A stretch of 60,433 nucleotides of DNA, counting the filler. It is 9 parts of 9 records of this genome, joined end to end, with 100 filler letters (N's around TTAATTAATTAA, not from the genome) between each part and the next. Parts side by side here need not be neighbours in the genome. Positions count along the whole stretch, not along the records: positions 1 to 6,299 come from SRR31147125_63518; positions 6,400 to 15,113 come from SRR31147125_63554; 7 more parts are not named here. One strand, given 5' to 3'. Positions 1-11,451 of this stretch are shown one piece after another. How positions within the stretch are numbered: position 1 is the first letter of the stretch; every line of letters starts with the position of its first letter. A model generated the notes under the pieces. It was given only the letters and a program-made list of their open reading frames with translations, searched no databases and was not told the origin of the DNA. A program made the position numbers and the translations under genes.

Positions 1-753
1 AAAAGAGTTATTGAAGGTGAAGCCATTGGTTCATTTTTCGGATTCCGGTATTTAGGTGTATATCCATCTGATGCGGATGCAGTTGCCAGAGATGTAGAAG
101 GAAATATCTTGTACGATAGCGAAGGTATACCCATACCCATGACATATTTGAGTTCTTATGTTTTTAAAGGTGGCGATGCTATTTATGATGATGTAAATCA
201 TGACGGTAAAATCGATTTGAATGATGTTGTCTACATCGGTGATTCAAATCCTAATTTTATTGGGGGATTTGGTACTGCTGTGAGGTACAAAAATTTTGAT
301 TTCTCAGTAGGATTCCATTACCGACTCGGTTTCGATATAATTAACAACGTTGCTCTCGAGACCGAGGGAATGGACAATAGGAACAACCAAAGTAAAGCTG
401 TTCTTAGTAGATGGCGAATTCAAGGACAAGACGAAGAAGGCATGCTTCCAAGAGCATATTTAAATCACCCTGCCAATAATCTTGGTTCTGACAGGTATGT
501 GGAAAAAGGAGATTATGTGAGGCTCAACAATGTTAAACTGGCTTATCGGTTAAATGATAATTTATGCCAGAAATTAAGTGTACGTACTATGAGTGTTGCT
601 GTAACAGCGAGGAAACTTCTCACTTTTACAAATTACTCAGGTCAGGATCCGGAAATCGGTCAAAATGCTGCTGATCCTTTCTGGATCGGTATAGACCGCG
701 CCAATACACCACCTCCAAGAATTGTGACATTTAGTCTTATGGTTGGGTTTTAG
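1..753 (+). CDS. susC: SusC/RagA TonB-dependent transporter, C-terminal part (5' truncated)
   Basis: Open from base 1. GGDAIYDDVNHDGKID, IGDSNPNFIGG, DYVRLNNV and YSGQDPE motifs and terminal Phe; directly upstream of SusD. Confidence 0.92.
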   Translation, partial: KRVIEGEAIGSFFGFRYLGVYPSDADAVARDVEGNILYDSEGIPIPMTYLSSYVFKGGDAIYDDVNHDGKIDLNDVVYIGDSNPNFIGGFGTAVRYKNFDFSVGFHYRLGFDIINNVALETEGMDNRNNQSKAVLSRWRIQGQDEEGMLPRAYLNHPANNLGSDRYVEKGDYVRLNNVKLAYRLNDNLCQKLSVRTMSVAVTARKLLTFTNYSGQDPEIGQNAADPFWIGIDRANTPPPRIVTFSLMVGF

Positions 754-768
754 TTAAAACGTAAAAAA

Positions 769-2238
769 ATGAAAAAAAGAATAACATATACATTACTTAT
801 CATCCTTATTCCTTTGCAATTCTCATGTTCTGACTGGATGAACCTTATTCCACCAGAAGGATTGATACGCGATGAATATTGGAAAAAGAAAGAAGATGTT
901 GAAGCCGTTTTAATGTCAGCATATGAATCGTTCAGAAGCATGAATGGTAACTTATTTAAATTGGGGGAAATTCGTGCCGATATGATTGTTGGTGACAATA
1001 ACCAGTCACTTGACGAACAAAAAATAATGGATGGCAATATTTATCCTGATAATAGTTTATGCGACTGGGCTTCGTTTTATGAAGTTATAAACTTTTGCAA
1101 CGAAGTAATAAAAAATGCCCCGGAAGTACAGAAGGTTGACGATACTTTTACGGATTACCAACTCCAGGGACTTATGTCGGAAGCATATTTTTTAAGGGGT
1201 CTTACTTATTTCTACCTGGTAAGAATTTATAAAGATGTCCCTTTCATTACTGAACCTACAGAAACAGACGATACAGAATTTTACCACGCAAAAATCTCTG
1301 GTGATGAAATTCTGGAAAACATTGTTATTGATCTTGAAACTACCAGGCCGTACATCACCACAGATGGTTACCCAACTATAATCGAAAACAAAGGAAGGGC
1401 CACAAAAGCTGCCATTGACGCATTGCTTGCAGATATTGCATTGTGGCAATTTAATTATGAAGCAGTAATTGAACATGTAACAAAAATTGAAATCTCAAAT
1501 AAATACAGGCTGTTGTTAAGTTCAGAATGGTTTGAATTGTATTTCCCGGGTAACTCTATTGAAAGCATATTCGAACTTCAATTTGACGATGACCTCAACC
1601 AAAAAAATGCCACGTACGGTATCACTAATAGAGAAGGATACAACTACGACCCAAGTGAAAAGGCTGTTCAAATGTTTGGCAAAGACTACACAAGGGAATT
1701 AGTAAGAGGAGAAGATGCTTCCATAAAAAAATATGGTGAAGACGATTTTATAATTTGGAAATATGTAGGTAGGGCACCCGATGGAAATACAATACGCTCG
1801 GCATCAATCCAAACCAGTTGCAACTTTATTATTTATCGCTATGCAGATGTATTGTTAATGAAAGCTGAAGCATTGTCCCAACTGGGCCGGTTTAATGAAG
1901 CATTGGAAATATTAAATACAATACGAACAAGGGCTGATGTACCCCCATTGAGTTTAGCAAATTCAGAGTCTGCATACGAAGATGCAATATTGGAAGAACG
2001 CGCCCTCGAACTTGCTTATGAAGGCAAAAGATGGTTCGATTTATTACGAATGGGAAGAAGAAACAACTTCAACAGAAAGACTAAACTAATTGATATTCTG
2101 GTAAGTAACGTTCCATCAACGCAAAAAAGAATATTAGCAACAAAACTTACCAATCCTCTTGGGTGGTATCTGCCAATATACGAAGATGAGATAGAACGCA
2201 ATAAAAACCTGGAACAGAATCCATATTACAATTTTTAA
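769..2238 (+). CDS. susD: SusD/RagB family outer-membrane lipoprotein
   Basis: Lipobox FSC; EAYFLRGLTYFYL, YRYADVLLMKAEAL, ERALELAYEGKRWFDL and QNPYY motifs. Confidence 0.93.
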   Translation: MKKRITYTLLIILIPLQFSCSDWMNLIPPEGLIRDEYWKKKEDVEAVLMSAYESFRSMNGNLFKLGEIRADMIVGDNNQSLDEQKIMDGNIYPDNSLCDWASFYEVINFCNEVIKNAPEVQKVDDTFTDYQLQGLMSEAYFLRGLTYFYLVRIYKDVPFITEPTETDDTEFYHAKISGDEILENIVIDLETTRPYITTDGYPTIIENKGRATKAAIDALLADIALWQFNYEAVIEHVTKIEISNKYRLLLSSEWFELYFPGNSIESIFELQFDDDLNQKNATYGITNREGYNYDPSEKAVQMFGKDYTRELVRGEDASIKKYGEDDFIIWKYVGRAPDGNTIRSASIQTSCNFIIYRYADVLLMKAEALSQLGRFNEALEILNTIRTRADVPPLSLANSESAYEDAILEERALELAYEGKRWFDLLRMGRRNNFNRKTKLIDILVSNVPSTQKRILATKLTNPLGWYLPIYEDEIERNKNLEQNPYYNF

Positions 2239-2240
2239 AA

Positions 2241-3815
2241 ATGAAGAATTTCTTATTTATAATAATTTTTATGGCCTTAACAATTAGCTTCTACTCTTGC
2301 GATGACAAGGTGGTAGAAGCTAATTTTGAGGATGTAGAACAGTTAACGATTTACGATTATATTGTTGAAAATAAAGATGAATACTCAAGTTTTTTAAGTA
2401 TTCTCGAAAAAGCTGGTATTGCAAAAACATTGAGCGCATATAATCCTGATGGAATTGGCTACACTCTGTTTCTACCCAACAACGAAGCAATAAATAGCTT
2501 TATTTCCGAAAATCAACAATTTAATTCATTAGATGAATTACTAAACAATGCAGAATATTCGAAAGCATTTTGCTTATACCACGTTGTTAATTTAGGTATT
2601 CATTCGAATGATTTTCCCTTCGGCGCCCTGCCAGAGATCACGTTATCTCTCGACTATTTAACTGTAAGTTTTGTAATAGAAACAGATACAGCGTACTATA
2701 AAATAAATAACCAGGCCCCTGTTTCCAAGCCTAACATTGAGTTATCAAACGGGTATATACATATTATTAACAAAGCCCTTACACCAATTACAGAAACCAG
2801 TTATAACTGGCTGGTTAATAATACAGTCAACGGTTATTCCATCTTTAAAGAAGCTGTTGAATTAACAGGATACGATGAGATACTAAGCTTAAACTCAAAA
2901 GATGAAAATGCAACAATAAGCGCTTTCACCATGCTTGTTGAGCATGATTCAATTTTTGCTAAACAAGGAATTAACTCGATTGATGATTTAATTAATGAAA
3001 TAAGCCCTGATGATGAAAACTATAATACCCCTGGTAATCCACTTAATAGTTTTGTTGGTTACCACCTTTTAACAGAAAATCAATTCCTTGACGATTTTGT
3101 TGGCATAGCCACTAATTTTAGTACATTCTCTGATATTCCTTTAAATATTAACGGCGTTGGACTAGACATACTCATAAACAAAGGCAAAGAAGTATTTGAC
3201 ACAATAATTTTTGGGGTAGATACTACCTATATTGATTATATTGGCTTCAATTATGATGCAAGCAATGTATTGTCATTAAGCGGTTCTATACATTTTATTG
3301 ACAGGGTATTAAAACAACAACAACCCTCAAGAGCTGTCCAAACTTTTGAATTTTACGAAGAGCCGTTGTTTGATGAATTCAGGGAAGAAATTGGCAGCTA
3401 TATCATAGAAGATTCCTCTGCACTTGATGTAATTTCATACTCAGGCTCAGAATTGTTTTTTGTGCAGGAAAGTGAAGAAAGCACTGCCTGGAGCGATGAT
3501 TACCTGCAAATTATTGGTGATTTTTCAATCAGCTACCAGATACCCAAAATTGTACAAGGAAGGTATACTGTATATCTTAGAGCAGAAGCATTTAGCCAGG
3601 CAAATGCGCTTATACAGGTTTTTGTGGATGGTAAGAACCTTGGAGGACTTATCGATTTATCATCTGGAGGTACAGCAAATAGTCCTTTTGCAGATATTGA
3701 AATTGGAGATATCGATTTTTTAAGATATGAAAATCATACAGTTGAAGTTAAATCACTTATACCGGGTAGGTTTCTTTGGGATTACATAAGATTTGAACTT
3801 CCATCTAATAATTGA
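2241..3815 (+). CDS. Fasciclin (FAS1) domain lipoprotein
   Basis: Lipobox YSC; YTLFLPNNEA and NGYIHIINKAL FAS1 motifs, second degenerate FAS1 (GSIHFIDRVL), beta-rich C-terminus. Confidence 0.82.
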   Translation: MKNFLFIIIFMALTISFYSCDDKVVEANFEDVEQLTIYDYIVENKDEYSSFLSILEKAGIAKTLSAYNPDGIGYTLFLPNNEAINSFISENQQFNSLDELLNNAEYSKAFCLYHVVNLGIHSNDFPFGALPEITLSLDYLTVSFVIETDTAYYKINNQAPVSKPNIELSNGYIHIINKALTPITETSYNWLVNNTVNGYSIFKEAVELTGYDEILSLNSKDENATISAFTMLVEHDSIFAKQGINSIDDLINEISPDDENYNTPGNPLNSFVGYHLLTENQFLDDFVGIATNFSTFSDIPLNINGVGLDILINKGKEVFDTIIFGVDTTYIDYIGFNYDASNVLSLSGSIHFIDRVLKQQQPSRAVQTFEFYEEPLFDEFREEIGSYIIEDSSALDVISYSGSELFFVQESEESTAWSDDYLQIIGDFSISYQIPKIVQGRYTVYLRAEAFSQANALIQVFVDGKNLGGLIDLSSGGTANSPFADIEIGDIDFLRYENHTVEVKSLIPGRFLWDYIRFELPSNN

Positions 3816-5380
3816 AAAACATGAATTACAGGATATACATAATTGGATTATTTACTGTCTTATTCTTATACAGTTGCGAAGAAAAATGGGAAGAGCATTA
3901 CAATACCGTGCCCGAAACAGTAGATATAAATATATGGGAAGCAATACAAAACACTCCGGACTTTTCAGCATATGTTCAATATATGCAAGAAATGCAATAC
4001 GATACTCTTTTTGAAACGGATGATACATATACGTTATTTATTCCCCATAATAGTGCATTTGAGGTTTTTACAGATACATCAACAGTAACAAATTCAGTAT
4101 TGGATTATCATATTTCATCACACTTTATACAATCAGGAAATATTAAAGGAAAAAGAAAAGTACAAACCTTATCCGAAAAATTTGCTCTTTTTGATCATAA
4201 CAATGAGGGAATGTATTTAGACGGAATTCAAGTAGACTTTGAAAGCCCCCTTTATCAAAATGGTAAATATTTCACGTTAAGTCAGGTAAGTTATCCCCGC
4301 CCAAATATTTACGAGTATTTTTCATTAAACAATCCAATTTTTGAATACTACATTGATAGTCAAGACTCAATAATATTAGATAGAGAAGAAAGTCGCCCAA
4401 TAGGATTTGATGAAGATGGTAATACCATTTATGATACTGTTGCAATAATTTACAATGAATTTGAAGAATTGTATTTTCCTATTAGAGAAGAGTTTAGAAA
4501 CAAAACAGCAACAATCGTATTTCCGAACGAACCTGATTATAATGAAGCACTAACAAATATGGTTCAGGAAATGGGGGGAATTTATACAGATTACAGTGAT
4601 GTTCCGTTAGACTGGCAAAACGATATTTTAATACCCTATCTGTTAGAATATGGGGTATTCGAAAACATGATTGAAGAAGTTGATTTTTTAACGCCGACCA
4701 GTGGAGACACGATTAGACTAAAAAATATTTTAGGAGATAGTATTGATATTGAATATGAAGTTGGAGAAAAAACAATTTGCAGCAATGGATATGTGTACAA
4801 TTATTCAAATTTTATTGTACCTGACACCTTATACAAAGGCTCAACTCTTTTCGAGGGCGAATGGTTGCTGAATCAGATAGGAGTAAACAGGTATGCCTGG
4901 GATAAAGAAGTTGATGTGATAAGCGATATTTCAATTAACCCAATAACTGAATATAACAACATTGCATCCAACGACTCCATGCTTTCGGTAAACTTTCCAA
5001 CAGATTATGATGGCACTTACTCTGTTGAATTTATCATTGATAATTTATTCCCCAGGGAATACCTGATGGTTGTAAAAACACACATGACTGTAGGTGGAAT
5101 CTACGATGTTTATGTTAACGATGAAATTGTTAAAGTAGATTTTAATTATGATGATTATGTAATTGATAGGTGGGTTTACAGGAGTGTTACAGGCAAACGG
5201 ATTCGAGCTGATGGGGTATTGAATATTTTTGATTGTTGGGTTGACAACAAAGCCGAATATGGTAAAACCAAAGTTAAATTCGTTTACAAAGGCCCGGGAA
5301 CTTATGTATCAAATTTGGGATTGGTAATTGATTATATTGAATTTATCCCGGCAGACTCTGATGCGATTAACAATCTATAA
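3812..5380 (+). CDS. Fasciclin domain lipoprotein (likely start ATG 3821)
   Basis: Lipobox YSCEEKWEEHY; YTLFIPHNSAF and ICSNGYVY motifs; C-terminal DYIEFIP beta domain. Confidence 0.78.
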   Translation: MKNMNYRIYIIGLFTVLFLYSCEEKWEEHYNTVPETVDINIWEAIQNTPDFSAYVQYMQEMQYDTLFETDDTYTLFIPHNSAFEVFTDTSTVTNSVLDYHISSHFIQSGNIKGKRKVQTLSEKFALFDHNNEGMYLDGIQVDFESPLYQNGKYFTLSQVSYPRPNIYEYFSLNNPIFEYYIDSQDSIILDREESRPIGFDEDGNTIYDTVAIIYNEFEELYFPIREEFRNKTATIVFPNEPDYNEALTNMVQEMGGIYTDYSDVPLDWQNDILIPYLLEYGVFENMIEEVDFLTPTSGDTIRLKNILGDSIDIEYEVGEKTICSNGYVYNYSNFIVPDTLYKGSTLFEGEWLLNQIGVNRYAWDKEVDVISDISINPITEYNNIASNDSMLSVNFPTDYDGTYSVEFIIDNLFPREYLMVVKTHMTVGGIYDVYVNDEIVKVDFNYDDYVIDRWVYRSVTGKRIRADGVLNIFDCWVDNKAEYGKTKVKFVYKGPGTYVSNLGLVIDYIEFIPADSDAINNL

Positions 5381-5403
5381 TTAGGACAAAGTATTAAACT
5401 AAA

Positions 5404-6299
5404 ATGAAAAATAAAAAACTAACAAATTATAAGTCAGTCTATCTCGTCCTCTTGTTACTAAGTTTTGGATTAGCTATTTCTGCACAGGACTCAACAGTTA
5501 TTAATAACATCGATGTGCAAGGGGTTATTCTTTCAAATCCTAATAAACCTGTGGCCGATGTAAGTATAAGCATTGAGGGGTCTACACAATTACCGGTTAT
5601 ATCGGATACTACCGGAAGGTTTGTTTTGCAAGCCCCGTCATTAAATGAATGGTTAATAATTGCACCTACAGGGCATTATAAAAAGAAAAGAGTCTTTTTA
5701 AACGGTAAATCAAGCATAACAATATACCTAACTTCTGACGACATAAGCTCTGGCGACGATGAAATAATGCTATTATCTCAAAATGTTAAGAAAAGGAATA
5801 TAACTGCATCGTTCTCAGAATTAAATACAAAAAACATTTACCATACCCCGGCAATTACAGTTGATGAATTTATGCAAGGCAGGGTAGCGGGTATGAACGT
5901 GGTAAATCGTTCGGGTTTACCTGGAAGTGGTGCCATTGCAAATATCAGGGGTGTAAATTCATTAAATGCATCGGTACAACCATTGGTAGTTGTTGACGGA
6001 ATTCCAATATTATCGAATGGTATTTTTGGTTCTAATCTCGAAGGTTATCAATACAACCCATTGTTATCAATTAACCCACATGATATTTCAAAAACAACAA
6101 TTGTAAAAGATCCAACCATAACATCTGCATATGGTTCGAAAGGTTCCAATGGCATCATATTTATTGAAACGTTGGATCCAAGTGCAACGCAAACATCAAT
6201 TGAAATAGATGCCAGAGGCGGATACTCACTAACACCGTCAAACCAAATCCCACAACTTGATGCTGCCCAGCACAAATCATTGATGAATGAGATTCTTTT
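5404..6299 (+). CDS. susC: Second SusC/RagA TonB-dependent transporter, N-terminal part (3' truncated)
   Basis: Signal peptide, carboxypeptidase-like N-domain, plug motifs QGRVAG, IRG, PLVVVDG and YGSKGSNGIIFIET. Confidence 0.88.
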
Positions 6300-6399
6300 N
6301 NNNNNNNNNNNNNNNNNNNNNNNNNNNNNNNNNNNNNNNNNNNTTAATTAATTAANNNNNNNNNNNNNNNNNNNNNNNNNNNNNNNNNNNNNNNNNNNN
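6300..6399. other. Artificial contig linker (N44-TTAATTAATTAA-N44)
   Basis: Identical 100-nt spacer with stops in all frames; gene content and composition change across it. Confidence 0.97.
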
Positions 6400-6514
6400 G
6401 TTCCACTGGCACTATCGTTCGGCCCGCCCAGGAAAAAAATCCCCGAGCGATCAGTTAATTTTAAGTGATATGTGAATTGTATGTTATTAATTTAAACTAT
6501 CAGGAGAAAAATAC

Positions 6515-7483
6515 ATGGAGTTCTTTAAAATCTGTTTGATGTGTCTTTGTTTCTTTGCTTTTGTCAGCATTCCCAATGTGAATGCCGCGCAAAAGCAAAA
6601 AGTCATTTTTGACTGCGATCTGGGTGGGGATATCGATGATGCCTTTGCACTTGCCCTGGTACTGGCCAGTCCGGAGTTTGAGGTGTTAGGTATTACGTTG
6701 GATCATGGTCTGACGGAAAAACGGGCTCAGGTGGCATGTAAAATGTTATATGAAACCGGTTTGGACCATATTCCGGTGGCTGTTGGCCGGCAAACACCCG
6801 GAGTCGTGGGTAAGGATACAGAACTCGCTCCTTATCGACCTCAGTTTTACTGGGCAGAGGGATTTGAGCAAGTCAAACCCATTAAAAAACCGGCAGCAGA
6901 TTTTATCATAGAGATGCTTCGCAAATATCCCAATGAAGTTATCCTGTTCACTGTTGGACCGGTGCCCAATATGCAGGATATCATTAAAAAGGATCCGGAG
7001 GCTTTAAAACTGGCCAAAGCTGTTTATTCCATGTTCGGTTCGTTTTATCTTGGCTATGGCAGCGATCCTGTTCCGGATGCCGAGTGGAATGTGCGCGCTG
7101 ATGTGGAATCAGCCAGGATGTTTGCCGCGTCTGGTGCGCCGATTACCTATGCCGGACTGGATATCACGACCTTTGTCAAACTGGAAAAAGAGTTGAGATT
7201 GAAACTTTTGATGCGGCAATCACCCCTCACAAACGCCTTGTGCGGACTTTATTCGTTATGGGAACATGAAACCCCTATCTTGTTTGATGTTGTGGCAGTA
7301 GGCATGGTGCTATGGCCGGATTTGTTCACCACGCGTCCGGCATTTGTCAAAGTGATCGATGGCGGTTTCACTGTCATTGATGAAAGTGTAAAGCCAAATT
7401 GCAGGATAGGCTTGTCCATCAAAAAGGATGAATTTCTGAAAAGAGTGATGCAAAGATATTTGCAGCAGAATTTTGCAAGATAG
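6515..7483 (+). CDS. Inosine/uridine-preferring nucleoside hydrolase family protein with signal peptide
   Basis: DCDLGGDIDDAFAL Asp cluster, GPVPN, AEWNV, GLDIT; N-terminus ends ...VNAA like a Sec signal. Confidence 0.88.
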   Translation: MEFFKICLMCLCFFAFVSIPNVNAAQKQKVIFDCDLGGDIDDAFALALVLASPEFEVLGITLDHGLTEKRAQVACKMLYETGLDHIPVAVGRQTPGVVGKDTELAPYRPQFYWAEGFEQVKPIKKPAADFIIEMLRKYPNEVILFTVGPVPNMQDIIKKDPEALKLAKAVYSMFGSFYLGYGSDPVPDAEWNVRADVESARMFAASGAPITYAGLDITTFVKLEKELRLKLLMRQSPLTNALCGLYSLWEHETPILFDVVAVGMVLWPDLFTTRPAFVKVIDGGFTVIDESVKPNCRIGLSIKKDEFLKRVMQRYLQQNFAR

Positions 7484-7766
7484 CAGAAAGAAAATAAAAT
7501 GTGAATATATTGGTATCACAAACGACAGTTATGAGAATACCAGTGGATTACCGTTATAAAAGGTGATTCTTTGTTAATTGATATCAATTTACTTGATATT
7601 TCTGTAAAAAATGTGCATTTTTCATGTCATAATCAAGCCTTAATACATAACTACTGGTAACATTTGCTTTTTAATTGAGAATAGATAGTTGGCTAAATTA
7701 GATCGGCCATATGTATACTGAGACACCTGAGTTAATCTGGTATATCTAAAAAGGAGGTTTGTTGTA

Positions 7767-8768
7767 ATGAGATTTTCAATTTTTTTCGTAACGCTTTTAT
7801 TCTTTGTCGTTGTTAATTCAAAGGGATTGTTCGCACAAGCAACGCCAACCGGAAATCCGGCAGATTTTAAGGTGAAAACATGCCTCCATTCGGTGAGTTA
7901 TGCGGGTTTTTGGCGCGGGCAGGAACGACTCACGGTTGATGAGTTTCTGGAAAAAGCCAAAGAACTTGGTTTTGATGGTGTCCTGCTGGTGGCAAAACGT
8001 CCACATGTGTCGCCACTGGATTATGATCAGGCAGCACGAAAACGTCTAAAAGAAAAAATAGAAAAACTCGGATTAAAACTGGTAGGTCTGGCAGGTTATA
8101 CTGATTTTACGGCTGGCAGCGATAAACCGGGGATCCCTAATGTAGAAATTCAGGCTGCCTATGTGGGTGAAGTAGCCAAAATGGCTCGTGATCTTGGTAC
8201 CGATATGGTGCGCATTTTTACCGGTTATTTTCGCGAGGGAATTCCTTATGATAAGCAGTATGCCGCGGTTTTAGATGGATTGAAACTGGCTGGCAAGGAA
8301 GCGGCCAAATATGGTGTCACTCTGGCTGTTCAAAATCATCATGATATTGCACTTCATCATGATTCCATGTATTGGCTGCTCAAAGAGGTGAACATGCCCA
8401 ACGTCATGTCCGGATGGGATGCCTGGTCACCCACTCTGGAAGGTTTGAGCAGCGAAGAGATCCGACAATCTGTTCTGAAAATGAAACCCTTTATCGTTCA
8501 TACTATTGCTGCTGATTATGTTCGTATGCCACAATTTGAGTACAAACATGAATATACCAATTACTCTAAAATCGGCGAGGTTATGCGTGCAGTGCCAATG
8601 GGACAAGGTTTCCTGGATTACAAAACATTTATCAATACTTTGAAGGAAATCGGTTATCAGGGTTATCTGACCTATGAAATGTGTGAAGTCCTGGATGGCG
8701 GGGGTTCCATTGAGAATCTGGACAAAACAGCCAGGATATTTTTAGATTACGTGAAACAGTTTGAATAA
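7767..8768 (+). CDS. Sugar phosphate isomerase/epimerase (xylose-isomerase-like TIM barrel) with signal peptide
   Basis: LAVQNHHD, G-FLDY and GYQGYLTYEMC motifs; AAGGAGG RBS; hydrophobic N-terminus ending LFAQ. Confidence 0.82.
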   Translation: MRFSIFFVTLLFFVVVNSKGLFAQATPTGNPADFKVKTCLHSVSYAGFWRGQERLTVDEFLEKAKELGFDGVLLVAKRPHVSPLDYDQAARKRLKEKIEKLGLKLVGLAGYTDFTAGSDKPGIPNVEIQAAYVGEVAKMARDLGTDMVRIFTGYFREGIPYDKQYAAVLDGLKLAGKEAAKYGVTLAVQNHHDIALHHDSMYWLLKEVNMPNVMSGWDAWSPTLEGLSSEEIRQSVLKMKPFIVHTIAADYVRMPQFEYKHEYTNYSKIGEVMRAVPMGQGFLDYKTFINTLKEIGYQGYLTYEMCEVLDGGGSIENLDKTARIFLDYVKQFE

Positions 8769-9013
8769 TTTATTTATTTTGTTGTTCTGATCAGATTCCA
8801 TATGCGAACATTCAAATTTTAATATTGTTGTATTATGGTTTTTGGATAATTGAGATAGTGGTGACAGATACCGAAACAACCAGTGAATGATTATCATATC
8901 ATACTCAATTATGCTCTTTGCTCTATATAGAAATATAGAATATATCATAATGAACCATTTTCAGAAAATAATCCGTCATCAATTGAATATTGTATTAATT
9001 CCTGGAGGATGAT

Positions 9014-10285
9014 TTGAAAAAAAATTATTATATGGTCGGACTGGTTTTGTTGACTTTTTTTGTTATTTCATTTGTCACGAACATTCTGGGCCCCATTATT
9101 CCTGCTATTATTGACAGTTTTAACCTCAGTTTAACCATGGTTGCTCTGCTGCCGTTTGCATTTTTTATAGCTTATGGTGTCATGTCCATTCCTTCAGGAA
9201 TGCTTATCGAAGTTTATAAAGAAAAAGTTGCGATGCTGGTGTCTTTTATCGTTGCTTCTGTCGGTGCGCTCATGTTTGCTATTATCCCAAGTTATTTCGT
9301 GGCTATAATTTCCCTATTTCTCCTCGGGTCCAGTTTTGCCATGTTGCAGGTGGCTATCAATCCGCTTTTACGAGTGGCTGGTGGTGAGGAGAATTTTGCT
9401 TTTAATTCGGTATTGGGTCAATTTCTTTTTGGACTTGCGTCCTTTTTAAGCCCCCGTGTCTACTCCTACCTTGTGCAGAATCTGGATAATCCGACTGCTG
9501 ATAGCAATTTTGTGGTCACGAACCTTGCAAAAGTGGTTCCTGCCAGCCTGCCATGGGTATCCCTGTATTGGGTTTTTGCCCTGATTTCCATTGTTATGGT
9601 CGTCGTGGTAATCGTTTCCAAATTTCCACAGGTTATTCGTGCCGAGGATGAACGTGCCGGCGCCTGGGAAACACATGTCAAGCTTTTCAAAAACCCGATT
9701 GTTATTGCTTATTTCTTTGGCATCTTTTGTTATGTTGGTTCGGAGCAGGGTGTAGCAAACTGGATATCCAAGTTTCTGAGCACCTATCATAATTACGATC
9801 CCGTGACAGTTGGTGCCAATGTGGTGTCCTGGTTCTGGGGGCTTATGACCGCAGGTTGTATATTAGGCCTGGTTCTGCTTAAATTTATTGACAGTCGACG
9901 TGTCCTGATCGGATTTAGCCTGGCATCGATCCTCTGTTTAACGATTGCCCTGTTAGGACCGGGCTCGGTTGCTGTTGTCGCTTTCGCAGTGATGGGATTT
10001 ACTATATCTATTATGTGGTCTGTTATTTTTTCTCTGGCCCTTAATTCATTGGCAAGCCATCATGGTTCTTTTTCCGGAATATTGTGTACAGGAATCGCTG
10101 GTGGTGCTGTGATATCTCTTATTGTTGGTGGTCTTGGCGATATTTTTGGACTTCGATTTGGTATGATGTTTCTCTATCTGACAATGGGTTATATCCTGAG
10201 TATCGGTTTCTGGGCCAAACCACTTATTACGAATAAAACAATTGATTTAAAGAAAAAATCAGATGTAGCTGAAAAGACTGCCTGA
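9014..10285 (+). CDS. MFS sugar transporter (FucP/GluP-like)
   Basis: About 12 hydrophobic segments; FFIAYG, LQVAINP and YVGSEQG motifs. Confidence 0.88.
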   Translation: MKKNYYMVGLVLLTFFVISFVTNILGPIIPAIIDSFNLSLTMVALLPFAFFIAYGVMSIPSGMLIEVYKEKVAMLVSFIVASVGALMFAIIPSYFVAIISLFLLGSSFAMLQVAINPLLRVAGGEENFAFNSVLGQFLFGLASFLSPRVYSYLVQNLDNPTADSNFVVTNLAKVVPASLPWVSLYWVFALISIVMVVVVIVSKFPQVIRAEDERAGAWETHVKLFKNPIVIAYFFGIFCYVGSEQGVANWISKFLSTYHNYDPVTVGANVVSWFWGLMTAGCILGLVLLKFIDSRRVLIGFSLASILCLTIALLGPGSVAVVAFAVMGFTISIMWSVIFSLALNSLASHHGSFSGILCTGIAGGAVISLIVGGLGDIFGLRFGMMFLYLTMGYILSIGFWAKPLITNKTIDLKKKSDVAEKTA

Positions 10286-10485
10286 TTTTTATGAAAAAAT
10301 GCTGTTAGGGTGATCCAATCCTGTTTACATGTGAGATCATGTCTTGTGATATGTCTTTTAATCACACAGGCGATAATTGCGTATTTAAACAGATAAGGGA
10401 TTCGCTGTGACAGCATTTTTGTTTATTATTGTCAGGATTTATGTATCATTATTAACGTTAAATAAGTTACAGGTATAAAGGATTA

Positions 10486-11352
10486 TTGAAAATGGAAACA
10501 AGACAGAATTCATCCATTATAGGTATTGATCTGGGCGGAACGAATGTCAGGGTTGGCCTTGTACAAGATGGCACGATATTAAAATCCAATGCGGTCGCCA
10601 TAAAATCAAAAGGCACTGAACAGGAGGTCATCGATCAGATAGAGGCATTAATTGATGTAACAATAGATCAGAATGTGGCAGGAATAGGTATTGGCGTACC
10701 CTCTGTTGTTGATGTCGAAAAGGGGATCGTTTATGATACACAAAATATACCATCCTGGAAAGAAGTGCATCTAAAAAGCATTTTTGAAAAAAAGTACAAC
10801 ATTCCTGTTTATTTAAACAATGACGCAAACTGTTTTGTGCTTGGTGAAAAATACTTTGGTAAAGCAAAATCCTATCATTCTGTAGTCGGATTAATTGTCG
10901 GTACTGGTTTGGGTGCGGGTATCATTATTAATAATAAACTTTATTCCGGCCCCAATTGTGGCGCCGGGGAATTTGGCATGATTCCCTATAAAGATCAGAT
11001 TTTTGAGTATTATTGCTGTGGTCAGTATTTTCCCAACGTTCACGGTGTGAGTGGCGATGTCGTTGCAAAAAAAGCAGAGGCAGGTGACCAGGAGGCACTG
11101 GACATATTTGATCAATTCGGCAAACACTTTGGCAATGCAGTGCAGACCATTCTATATGCTGTCGATCCGGAAATTATTATTCTTGGCGGTTCTGTCCGAA
11201 AATCATTCAAATTTTTCGAAAAAAGCATGTGGGAATCACTGGACTCTTTTGCCTATTCACAAACAGTTAAAAATTTGAAAATCCAGGTATCTGAAATGGA
11301 CCAGATTGCCATTCTCGGTGCGGCAGCTCTTTATTTTGACGCACAGATTTAG
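10486..11352 (+). CDS. ROK family sugar kinase
   Basis: GIDLGGT, NNDANC, GTGLGAG, AGEFG and ILGAA motifs; no HTH. Confidence 0.92.
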   Translation: MKMETRQNSSIIGIDLGGTNVRVGLVQDGTILKSNAVAIKSKGTEQEVIDQIEALIDVTIDQNVAGIGIGVPSVVDVEKGIVYDTQNIPSWKEVHLKSIFEKKYNIPVYLNNDANCFVLGEKYFGKAKSYHSVVGLIVGTGLGAGIIINNKLYSGPNCGAGEFGMIPYKDQIFEYYCCGQYFPNVHGVSGDVVAKKAEAGDQEALDIFDQFGKHFGNAVQTILYAVDPEIIILGGSVRKSFKFFEKSMWESLDSFAYSQTVKNLKIQVSEMDQIAILGAAALYFDAQI

Positions 11353-11451
11353 TGTTTTTTGTCTAGTTATAATGAGATTCTGTACCAGGGGACAAGAATC
11401 TTTTTGGGGAAAGTACGAACACTTATGATGAGGATTTATTGTTTAGTGCAA

